Shown: positions 30,601 through 36,835 of the stretch, piece after piece
Layout of the letters: each line of letters starts with the position of its first letter
Numbering within the stretch: the first letter of the stretch is position 1
Source of the DNA: an uncultured Bacteroidales bacterium
GTDB lineage: Bacteria; Bacteroidota; Bacteroidia; Bacteroidales; UBA10428
Assembly (NCBI GenBank): GCA_964503885.1
Contig: CAZDCD010000010.1
Location: 83,435 to 147,434, forward strand
Length of the DNA stretch: 64,000 nucleotides
Direction of reading: 5' to 3'
Program-made: the position numbers and the translations under genes
The notes under the pieces: model-generated
Databases searched by the model: none
Told to the model about the DNA's origin: nothing
What the model saw: the letters and a program-made list of their open reading frames with translations, nothing else

Positions 30601-31100
30601 CAAATGATCCATCGGTTTCCTATACATGGGTATATGGCGGTACCGGTGCTACCATTAACGGTACGGGCAATTCTGTTACCGTTGATTTCAGTACATTTGC
30701 AACCAGTGATACTTTAAGTGTCAGGGCCACCAACGGATGCGGCATAAGTGCCCCCAGGAACATCGCCATAACGGTAAATGCACTTCCTGTTCCGACAATT
30801 ACCGGAACTGATACAACGTGTCAGGGAAATATCATTGTATACTCCACTGAGGCCGGAATGACAAACTATACCTGGTCAGTAACAGATCTTGATATTCCTG
30901 CAGCTCATACCATAATTGCTGGGGGAGGCATTACCGACAACAGCATAACCATTCAGTGGGACGGCTATGAATACCATAGAATAAGCATAAATTATGAAAC
31001 TGCAGCAGGTTGTACAGCCGCCTCAGCTACCGAGCTGGATATATGGATCTCTAAGATCCCGGATACCGGCCCTGCATATTATATACCCAATTCACCTTAA
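21696..31100 (+). CDS. Giant (3134 aa) secreted beta-helix-like surface protein with four GNW-led supermodules and C-terminal Ig/PKD-like modules; no T9SS CTD; ends TGPAYYIPNSP
   Basis: A single uninterrupted ORF rich in N/T/G/S. The hydrophobic segment FLIFAVLFFLSARLF lies ~45 aa after the first ATG, so the start is uncertain. Repeated motifs are listed in the findings. Confidence 0.9.
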   Translation: MLRTFFEILNEGMFSSKALNRKELDWKISECGRSNWLHLYKWSVKRQFLIFAVLFFLSARLFPATITSNAMTGNWSTPASWVGGVVPGAGDDVIIANNANITVNGNYTCLSLILNGGNQPSSVIISGTNSLTVTNTTTLFCNSNNDWKSVVVDNGSFTSGSVTMNSTNNNSRDAFIEIASGNATVLGDLTMNANINRNYIRFTGAGILNVGGNISGGGITSTFGGGGTPTSGTVNLNGSVAQSIDGYTFYNFTVSGSGDKSQSASITVSNDFTMNGGNFLLNGNNSTISNLILTSGTIQLGDNNLTLSGTQSGGSASSMVVTDGNGYLIRNANATLPIIFPVGSDGLYDPVSITAINNTTGTILVRTTSYAGLGPKYISRYWDMLTSVAGKIITSIFQYEGSEISITPNTIYFRPNLGAWQPPSGTQTFGANTITITGTSDITTTNSSWTAGAIGTYYSYQTGNWNNPTTWTSDPGGTTQMGSTVPGTNDFVVILDGRTISLTGNVNEADIDISINAGGIIDMSTYQFTSGLKALRGQGTLQLASVNFPSATTNTFIITGGGTTEYNNSVNFTLPATQTTYNHLTINAPGIIATQLNNLTLNGNLYVKQGTYRINDNTANRRQLTIFGNVVVDNGASLTTGAGNTFTTAVTGVTGGTAPFLNYYINNTHQVILYGDFTNDGTVRFTNQAYPVFDAFPNQGAATVYFMGATNNTLTCNNTTDFYNLVLDKGVDQTFKLTIYSTGYSNFRLFGANTSGGDGGGNNPNLKKALWIRTGTLDLKGLTIIPSLTEGNCDSGPGGPNSDFYIPANGALILDGADVIVLSTADDYRELNVAYGVAAPNNTAAGISLSGCSSFSIYGKIKINNGYFSTRESGGFITWDVASGQFELNGGQVDAKQFRAAGGTGGLASYTQTGGMLYLRGRFQRTPLQYTTVDDLKDFTSATINTNRIAAALDGSVATFNLNAAENVFSMSGGTMRIYDVCGAGGGQNGAFEVLSSYANINVTGGTVEVIPTTGSGADATSYILESNAPVYNLFVSRVSGTAPVLLNTYPLKVLKNLTLQSGVLNANNFDVAVGGNFIIALGTTYTTGTNRTIFNGTGTQSFAINLATPLTVNKLIVDKSSSDVLILDGTQNTLNITDSLKILNSRFNDNSKTVNCAANIFNSGYHLGSGKIVLNSNAVQNIDGNGTGIFQNLELNKPAAGTAVVNMNAVFTINGTLTFSGAAAGYKPMNIQNNELILGTDAIVAGADANRYIQTSGNAGDGGLTRQYSAVSPSFTFPVGASSTSHALPAYTPATLGINGSPAAFGSITVIPVGYEHPATINNGRTLTYFWRVKSNSFTLGTATVTHGYTYDQNDVITGAGITENGYVAARYQATTYSWSKGTVNDVDEAANIVGEPGTGNFLENVAFIDGDYTAGDDAPTDPFGAPVIFYSRQSANWNLATTWSNVSHTGPAAATIPGLNDVVIIGNGNTVNLTGNQNCAVLQIENGSTLDIYTYTGSTFSMVVNHPNGNGLFQVTTPKTPNNTIPGLFTFPSGDFSDFNVHGGTTEFYDIDGTVGALYILPANVIQYGNLILRARGGDNLVLPNNAATTVYGDLTCTGNATTAWIAMCWNTNIWPYFSGVYNPTIEKTVTVKGSMYVDAGSFEFFNDQAPQHLIVEGDVVVAPGAVLEIYPNYPFATPVVNNTIAIGGSLINNNVVTLRSTGGGRTYTVDATFFGENSASITNTSGIPTTTLNNVLVNKGSSQSDSLIIDIGGTLNTLADGWLTLQNGTLGYLRTNPNSDFTITTTSPFTIPTTAGLYIDYSNSGNRDILLAVGNSDGNDVYLNGKLALINGNVYIGNTNGTTVRNNDIEYSGGGSSEIEIQGGNLIVNGQIRRNPATSAGVLKYTQSGGQLVINGQNANTGNAKLEILNAGSQFNMSGGSLTIVRGGGGNTFGDLYLRPASSTVTGGDIVFSQVPPVGPVVDAVQDYRLDATVSLNNLTITGKTAGPARNATVTLLISPLTLNGSLTLSNNRSFFDANSTYNINVTINGNLNNSGTYSHYLNTTTFNGNIQAITGTSPTTFYDLVVNPVTRLTLNGNTTVNRNLTLSSGTLECGNYTVYVAGNLNNNATYTDNNTGVELNGSSLQYISGTGTYGQLALNNTAGARLNNSITLEKNLVLTQGILDINKYLLSLGVNSNISGAPFSSAKMITSDGVFSNVGINKFFPIIGAPTTFTFPLGTTGKYTPAVLSINTNTNVGSLRLNNINTRHSAVIDPANVLDYYWEMEGNGLMGFNGNIVFNYLQEDVLGSQENNYLAARLLTPATSWSLTSTVDDVANTITINYVNTDNLSGEYTAGISTAFPPDIPEYTSNSNGDWTDNTIWTQTGGTLYPCPLGGPNGFIVTIDHEVTADANYCSAYKTTINNTLRIVSPYFGHNLGIVTGNGTLYLESGVIPAGRYTSFLDCSNDATLEYGGTGTYILIADLYSSVPNILLSGTGTRNIPNKDLTICHSLKIGTATDGPAFDNTLNNRKLTILGTMERYNTGVFKSGSGAGATVSFAGSSAQTIGGILGDFTGTNAFNNLEINNAAGLTINTNGAIEVNGNLMLTSGVIHTATADKLTIINSAMNCVIPAGGSSSSYVDGPLIKRINQSDNFLFPVGEGTNLGNKITLMTTMTGPALWTVEYHNPNTFTTFQAPLTYVNLDDYWNVTVPSANQAIVDLKWNPASDLTPLMTQNGLSDMRVAEHNSTDWIEISSSATGDNYNGSVQTVSRISFPVAGKNVTTACINVTKPRATLSPSGPVCGAAGILVSFTQSPGLNYTLSYTINGVPQVDVAISSLPYTLPTPVPGIYRLTAFTYNNGLNNGVVDAGTVTAYDIPTTADAGSNQSLCGATGTTLAGNTPLVGSGLWSIVSGIGGTVVTPDSPASDFNGTNGTTYTLRWTISNGSCTSSDDVVIAFPLLPLQPGAYIVSSQNVCQGQNGVPYSVPNDPSVSYTWVYGGTGATINGTGNSVTVDFSTFATSDTLSVRATNGCGISAPRNIAITVNALPVPTITGTDTTCQGNIIVYSTEAGMTNYTWSVTDLDIPAAHTIIAGGGITDNSITIQWDGYEYHRISINYETAAGCTAASATELDIWISKIPDTGPAYYIPNSP

Positions 31101-31246
31101 TTAATGCGATGTACAGGTTGACAATAACAAAGAAACGGTTGATCAAAATGGTGAAACAAATACATAAAGAATACGATAAAGTAAATAGAATAGTGAATTT
31201 AATTCAATAACAATTATTGCTCATGTTTAATTTAAATTTTAGAAAG

Positions 31247-32215
31247 ATGAAAAGAGGTTTATTTTTGAGAACGTTGACAAGCGTTGCGGTAGCGATGTTT
31301 GTAGCTGGTGGACTGTTTGGCCAGGTGGCAGACGGTGATTATCAGGTGTACGATGCTAACAGGACTGCACCAACGAACATTGATTATGTTACGTTGAAAG
31401 CAGCTGGTACTACTATGGGGTATTATGCTTTACCCGATCCTTACTTTCACCCGAATTACGATGCCGGAAACGGGTGGGCGCTGACCGCAGGCTTTGTGTG
31501 GAACTGGACAGCACCGTCTGATCCGGGAACACCTCCGGCTTTCAATAAGCCTGGCGCTGCAAACTATGTTGAAATTACCTATTCACAGGCTGGTATTTAC
31601 AACATCAATGTGGCTGAAGAATCTCCGGCAGCGTATGGTGGATGCGCAGATGCAAGTCCGACTGTAATGAATGTTACTGTCATTGATCCGCCATCTGCCT
31701 TATTTACCACAGCCGATATTACTTCAGGCCTTTGCGGTGATCAGGCAGCACAGAGCGTGGCAGTTGCTATTACAGAAGCTATTCCGGATGCCCTTGGTGC
31801 ATTTGCATTTGCTGTTTCCGAAGTGGTTGAAAACCTCGATGCAGGTGGTACACCTGTCGGTGCTCCGCTCAGTACAACAACCGATTATGTGGATTTTCCG
31901 ACATCTGGTAAAGCTAACAGCGGGACGGCCGGAATGGTCGCTGCAACCCCGACATTCACGTATACCTTCAATTCATCTGCAATAACTGTGCAGAACAGTA
32001 TGCGTACAAGGTATACCTATACCTTGCTGAAGGCAACGGATGCTCCGGGAGCAGCAGCTGAAGGTATTATCTCAGCTATATCGGAAAAGTCCGACTATAT
32101 TTCGGGTACCGTAAATACATATCCTTTTGGTGCAAAAACCACCACGGTATTTGTCGTGAACCCGGCACCTGCAACTGGTCCTATTTATTATATTCCTAAC
32201 AATTTTGAATATTAA
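31247..32215 (+). CDS. Secreted protein (about 322 aa from ATG 31247) sharing an Ig-like module and the C-terminal TGPIYYIPN tail with the giant
   Basis: MKRGLFLRTLTSVAVAMFVAGGLFGQ signal. The module ...YVEITYSQAGIYNINVAEESPAAYGGCADASPTVMNVTV follows. It ends ATGPIYYIPNNFEY. Confidence 0.7.
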   Translation: MKRGLFLRTLTSVAVAMFVAGGLFGQVADGDYQVYDANRTAPTNIDYVTLKAAGTTMGYYALPDPYFHPNYDAGNGWALTAGFVWNWTAPSDPGTPPAFNKPGAANYVEITYSQAGIYNINVAEESPAAYGGCADASPTVMNVTVIDPPSALFTTADITSGLCGDQAAQSVAVAITEAIPDALGAFAFAVSEVVENLDAGGTPVGAPLSTTTDYVDFPTSGKANSGTAGMVAATPTFTYTFNSSAITVQNSMRTRYTYTLLKATDAPGAAAEGIISAISEKSDYISGTVNTYPFGAKTTTVFVVNPAPATGPIYYIPNNFEY

Positions 32216-32274
32216 CAGGACTTTTATAACAGCCATTTGAATGAATCGTTAATTCAACAGTTTTTAAGTTTCCA

Positions 32275-33297
32275 TTGGCTACAAAAATTAATATATTGAC
32301 CCTTTTTATCATGGCATTGATACCTGTTGCCGGTCGCGGACAAAGTTTACCTTATGCCTGCGCCGGCACCAGGGCTGCCTATGGGGTCAGCGGATATATT
32401 AATTCGGCGTTCTACTGGACTGTCGACGGAGGAAGCATAATAGCCGACGAAAACGATACTGTTGTTGTGGAGTGGGATATGACGCGGAGAGTTCACCAGA
32501 TTCAGGTGGTTGAAATTACACCGTTCGGTTGTATAGGTGCGCCTGTTATGGCACAGGTAAATGTCAGGGCACCTGACGTTGAGATCGGTGATGAAGTGGA
32601 GATATGTAAGGATGATTCAGTGCTGTTTGATGCCGAGATCAATTACGATACCCAGTTATCGTATATATGGCAGGACAGCAGCACGCAAGCTACATTTTAT
32701 GGTAAAAACGGAGGTATTGTGTGGGTGAAAGCAACAGGACTTGACGGATGCTCGGATTACGATTCGGCTGTATTGATTGTTAACCCTTTACCTGTTGTAA
32801 ACCTTGGCCGTGATACAGCCCTTTGCGGTAATTCCTCACTCGAACTTGATGCCGGGTATTTTGCCATGTATAACTGGTCGACAAACCAGATTGTAAATCC
32901 CATTACTATAGGACCGACAAACCTTCCGGCCGATACTATCACCGTTGAGGTTACCGATAACAATGGTTGCATTTCTTCGGATACCATGGTGATTTATATG
33001 TGCGAGGTTGACAGGTTTTTTGCCAATATCCCCAACACAATAATTCCAAGTGATCCAAACAGCGCCAACCATACCTGGAGGATCGATCATATTGATCTGT
33101 TTCCGGGTGCGGTGGTGGAGATTTTCGACCGCTGGGGAAGGCTGATCTATCATGCCGAGGATCCTGATCCTGAGAATGTGTGGGATGGTGTATCAAAAGC
33201 CGGCAAGGAAATGCCGATGGATTCGTATTATTACGTGATCGATCTGAAATACAGGAATTCCGATCCGCTGGTCGGTAACATTAACATTATCCGGTAG
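32275..33297 (+). CDS. T9SS type-B sorting-domain (gliding-motility-associated C-terminal domain) protein, 340 aa
   Basis: TTG start and a signal peptide. Three Cys-containing Ig-like modules, then NIPNTIIPSDPNSANHTWRIDHIDLFPGAVVEIFDRWGRLIYH...WDGVSKAGKEMPMDSYYYVIDL...GNINIIR, which matches the CHU_C/type-B CTD pattern. Confidence 0.8.
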   Translation: MATKINILTLFIMALIPVAGRGQSLPYACAGTRAAYGVSGYINSAFYWTVDGGSIIADENDTVVVEWDMTRRVHQIQVVEITPFGCIGAPVMAQVNVRAPDVEIGDEVEICKDDSVLFDAEINYDTQLSYIWQDSSTQATFYGKNGGIVWVKATGLDGCSDYDSAVLIVNPLPVVNLGRDTALCGNSSLELDAGYFAMYNWSTNQIVNPITIGPTNLPADTITVEVTDNNGCISSDTMVIYMCEVDRFFANIPNTIIPSDPNSANHTWRIDHIDLFPGAVVEIFDRWGRLIYHAEDPDPENVWDGVSKAGKEMPMDSYYYVIDLKYRNSDPLVGNINIIR

Positions 33298-33388
33298 CGG
33301 ATACCGGATGAATAAAGCTATATTTGCGGAATTTTTACCTATTGAAAATAGAAGAGGAACAGTTTAGGAATCGTTGATTCCATATGCG

Positions 33389-34405
33389 ATGAAGAAATAT
33401 CTGATCATAATGAGTGTTCTGGTGGTTGCGGGTATATCCATAACCTATGCGCAGCAATTGCCCATATACAGCCAGTATATGATGAACGGGTTCCTGTTGA
33501 ATCCTGCTGTGGCCGGCCATGAAGGGTACACTTCCATAAATATCACCGGCCGTGAACAATGGCTGGGGTTAAAAGATGCCCCTTCGACCTATGCCCTCAG
33601 CGCCCAGACCCGGCTGCTCAAGAACAGCTTCATTTCACGGGGTTCTTCTATAAAACGCAGACGCCGTGCCATGTCGCGAAGCGGCAGGGTAGGGATTGGC
33701 ACATACATCTTTAGTGACTGGAATGGTGCCTTTAACCGGACGGGCTTGCAATTCACGTATTCGTACCATATCCCCCTGCGAAAATCACAGCTCTCATTCG
33801 GCGCTTCATTAACAGGCTACCAGTTCAGGATCGACGATAGCAAAATTAAATTGTACGACGAGAGCCAGTTCTATGGTGACATGCGTAAATCCACCCTTAT
33901 TCCCGATGCAAATTTCGGCGTCTATTATACCGACAGAAACATCTATGCAGGATTTTCCGCCCTGCAGTTGTTTGAGAATACATTCAAGCTTTCAAGTAAA
34001 GATCAGGCTGAATTCAAGATGGTCAGGCACTATTTTCTGATGGCCGGATACCGTTTCGACATGATCGATTTTGTATTTGTGGAACCCTCATTTCTCTTGA
34101 AGACAACCGATCAATTTGTATCACAGCTTGATGTCAATCTTAAATTTTATTTCAAGGAAGATTATTGGGCTGGTCTGTCTTACCGTACCGGCGGTAGCTA
34201 CAGCATATCCGAGGAATCGATACATGGCGGGGGAGCTTCCCTGATAATCATGGGAGGTGCCCGTGTGGATAAGTTTTACTTCGGTTATGCTTTTGATTAC
34301 ACATTAAGCGCCATAAGCAAATACAGCATAGGGTCACATGAAATCGTCCTTGCTGTAAAATTCGGCGACAATGCACGCAGGTACAGGTGGCTGAACAGGT
34401 ACTGA
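33389..34405 (+). CDS. PorP/SprF-family type IX secretion system membrane protein
   Basis: After the signal peptide, QQLPIYSQYMMNGFLLNPAVAG is the family's signature N-terminus. The size (~338 aa) and beta-barrel-like composition also fit. Confidence 0.85.
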   Translation: MKKYLIIMSVLVVAGISITYAQQLPIYSQYMMNGFLLNPAVAGHEGYTSINITGREQWLGLKDAPSTYALSAQTRLLKNSFISRGSSIKRRRRAMSRSGRVGIGTYIFSDWNGAFNRTGLQFTYSYHIPLRKSQLSFGASLTGYQFRIDDSKIKLYDESQFYGDMRKSTLIPDANFGVYYTDRNIYAGFSALQLFENTFKLSSKDQAEFKMVRHYFLMAGYRFDMIDFVFVEPSFLLKTTDQFVSQLDVNLKFYFKEDYWAGLSYRTGGSYSISEESIHGGGASLIIMGGARVDKFYFGYAFDYTLSAISKYSIGSHEIVLAVKFGDNARRYRWLNRY

Positions 34406-34409
34406 TGCA

Positions 34410-35279
34410 TTATTCTTCGCTGAATACACTTTTATAGCTTCCCAGATCAATATTGCGGATCTCATAGATGTAACTGTAAAGTTTGAGTTGCTTGCCTGCA
34501 TTATCGGTCTCGGAAAAATAGCTCAGGCTTCCTCCCGGGTAATACCCATAAGCATATTTCAGCATTAGTTCTCCGGAATTAGTATACACCTTTTTTTCAT
34601 GCAACAGACCTTTAGCGTTGTAATTAAACGTATCTTTTTCAGTAACCTGACTCTTATCCGCCATTATTCGTATTTCCTCTATTACGCTCTTCTGATTCTT
34701 GGAGTTATACGTGATGTTCTCTGAAACGGATCTCACACCATTGGGATATTGTTTTTTGTATTTGGTATACCGCATCACCGGCAAGTGATCATTGTTATAG
34801 CTAATTGTTGTTTGCGACCTGTTTTTTTTTCCTGGTCCGTACTCTGTGATTTTTACCGGTAAGGTATCCTGCGTGTAATCGATTGTTTTTTTACCGGTAA
34901 CGGCCAGTTCACCTGCTTTCTTTTCAAACCTGGTTCCTGATATTTTTGCGCCAACAGAATTGTATTCATATTTTTCAGCATACAGCAATGAATCGTCCGG
35001 CGAAAAGTGCTCTTCGGAAACGACTTTACCATCGTCCGTAAAGAATACAATATAGTTCGATATCTGATGGGTTACAGGATCAAAGTAAATGTCTCTTACC
35101 GGCCTCATCTCCGAATCAAAAGTTTTTTGCCTTATCGTAAAGTTTTTCGTGGTTGGCCTGCCGTTGATGATTTCACGGGACAGGGTCAGGTGAATTCTTA
35201 CCGAATCGGTTTGTGCTGTAGCTGGCAGCAACAGAATAAAGCATGCGGATGCTAACAATATCGCAGGTGTATTTCTCAT
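34410..35279 (-). CDS. Secreted protein built of short Tyr/Lys-rich beta-hairpin-like repeats (function unknown)
   Basis: Signal MRNTPAILLASACFILLLPATAQ. Recurrent xYxYNxxGxxxxE-type units (EKYEYNSVGAKIS, TFNYNAKGLLHEKKVY, KYAYGYYPGG). Confidence 0.55.
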   Translation of the reverse strand: MRNTPAILLASACFILLLPATAQTDSVRIHLTLSREIINGRPTTKNFTIRQKTFDSEMRPVRDIYFDPVTHQISNYIVFFTDDGKVVSEEHFSPDDSLLYAEKYEYNSVGAKISGTRFEKKAGELAVTGKKTIDYTQDTLPVKITEYGPGKKNRSQTTISYNNDHLPVMRYTKYKKQYPNGVRSVSENITYNSKNQKSVIEEIRIMADKSQVTEKDTFNYNAKGLLHEKKVYTNSGELMLKYAYGYYPGGSLSYFSETDNAGKQLKLYSYIYEIRNIDLGSYKSVFSEE

Positions 35280-35289
35280 AGAATTGACG

Positions 35290-36552
35290 TTAATTGGTTG
35301 GTCGACTGCTGCAATGAATATCGATCAGTTCTTGTGCTGCCGTGTAACCCAGTTCAAGGGCTTTGTTAAGGTCCTTACATGCTTCTCCGGTACGCTGAAG
35401 ATTGAGCAGCGACACGGCCCTTGAATAATAAGCCCCGGCCAGTTTCGGATTCAGCTCGATTGCTTTCGTATAATCGGCAACTGCCTCCTTGTGCTGTTGC
35501 AGGTTTCCTTCTGAAATTCCGCGGTTAAAATAAGCGGTGGACGAGGAGTGATTTAATTCAATGGCTTTGGTATAAAAGGGAATCGATTGCCTGTAATCAT
35601 CAAGCATGCTTTTGGTAACACCCAGGAGAAAATAAACCTGTGCATCAGAAGGGTCATATTCAAGAGATTTCTTCAGATCGGCAAATGCCTTATCAGGCTT
35701 TTTAAGCTGAATATAGGCCAGCGCCCTGTTATAATAACTCTTCTCCGGACGGTGTTTAAGCGCTATGGCTTTTGTAAAATCTGCAACGGCTTTTTCGAAT
35801 TGTTTGTTCTGGGCGTAACTCACTCCCCGGTGGTAATATGCATCGGCGAATTCCGGATCCAGGCTGATTGCCTTGGTTAGATCTTCAATTGCGGCAACGT
35901 CGTTTCCGATACCCATTTTGAAAAAGCCGCGGTTATAATAGGCGCTTGCATTGCTTGGATCAATCTCGATGATCTTATCATAATCGCCGATTGCTCCCAT
36001 ATAATCATCAAGGGCCGATCTGGCTTCGATGCTTTTCAGGTAGGCATCGATGTTTTCTTTATTCAGTGCTATGGCCAGCTTATAATCGCTGATCGAACCC
36101 CTGAAATCACCTGTATGGGCCTTTGCGATACCTCTCTGGTAATACGCTTCGGCATATAGCGAATCGAGTACAAGGGCTTTTGTAAATGCTTGTGCTGCCT
36201 TATCGTAATCTTTTCCTGAGATGAGAATAAGTCCCCGATAATAGTATGCCTCTGGTATGATGCTGTCTATATGCAGTGCCATATTGATGTTTTCCATTGC
36301 TTCTCCTGCTTTATTCATTGAATACAGGGCTTTTCCTCTGGCCAGATAGGCACCGGATGATTGTTTATTCCATCGCAGGGCTTTATTGAACAGGTTTAAT
36401 GCCGTCTGATACTCTTTTTCTTTCAGAAAAACATTCCCTTTTTCAAAATAGCAGTCACTTATCTGATTTTTAAAGCTATACAAAACAATTGATGCAATAA
36501 TAAGAATTGCAACCAGCAGCAGCAAGACATACAAACCTTTTATGTGTTTCAT
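35290..36552 (-). CDS. Membrane-anchored tetratricopeptide-repeat (TPR) protein
   Basis: N-terminal TM LYVLLLLVAILIIASIVLY followed by about ten 34-aa units with the A..Y..G.......A..DF.KAI.L.P pattern. Confidence 0.8.
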   Translation of the reverse strand: MKHIKGLYVLLLLVAILIIASIVLYSFKNQISDCYFEKGNVFLKEKEYQTALNLFNKALRWNKQSSGAYLARGKALYSMNKAGEAMENINMALHIDSIIPEAYYYRGLILISGKDYDKAAQAFTKALVLDSLYAEAYYQRGIAKAHTGDFRGSISDYKLAIALNKENIDAYLKSIEARSALDDYMGAIGDYDKIIEIDPSNASAYYNRGFFKMGIGNDVAAIEDLTKAISLDPEFADAYYHRGVSYAQNKQFEKAVADFTKAIALKHRPEKSYYNRALAYIQLKKPDKAFADLKKSLEYDPSDAQVYFLLGVTKSMLDDYRQSIPFYTKAIELNHSSSTAYFNRGISEGNLQQHKEAVADYTKAIELNPKLAGAYYSRAVSLLNLQRTGEACKDLNKALELGYTAAQELIDIHCSSRPTN

Positions 36553-36644
36553 TTTTCAATGTTTTTCAAAATCCGTAACTAATATTACTAAAAAAAAATA
36601 AAAGAACGGATACTGGGGAAAAGTTTTTATTTCACGAGTTTTGT

Positions 36645-36827
36645 GTTCAGGTTTCAGGGTTCTTCAAAATAACTACGAGTGATATGCTGTTGATTTATTA
36701 TCGTAAAACGATAACTTTTTTCTCCCATTATCAGACTTTTATCTGTCTCTTTCTTCCTTACTATAACATCCAGTATCAGAACAGATTACCGATTACTGAT
36801 TACTCTAAACTTTTGAACCCTGAACTC
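36645..36827. repeat. Heptad tracts in inverted orientation flanking a ~150-nt AT-rich core with a TTATCG-N5-CGATAA hairpin
   Basis: GTTCAGG TTTCAGG GTTC (36645-36662) versus TGAACCC TGAACTC (36814-36827); the reverse complement matches 10/11. GATTACC GATTACT GATTACT at 36784-36804. Hairpin at 36698-36714 followed by CTTTTTTC. Confidence 0.6.
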
Positions 36828-36835
36828 TAAAAAAC

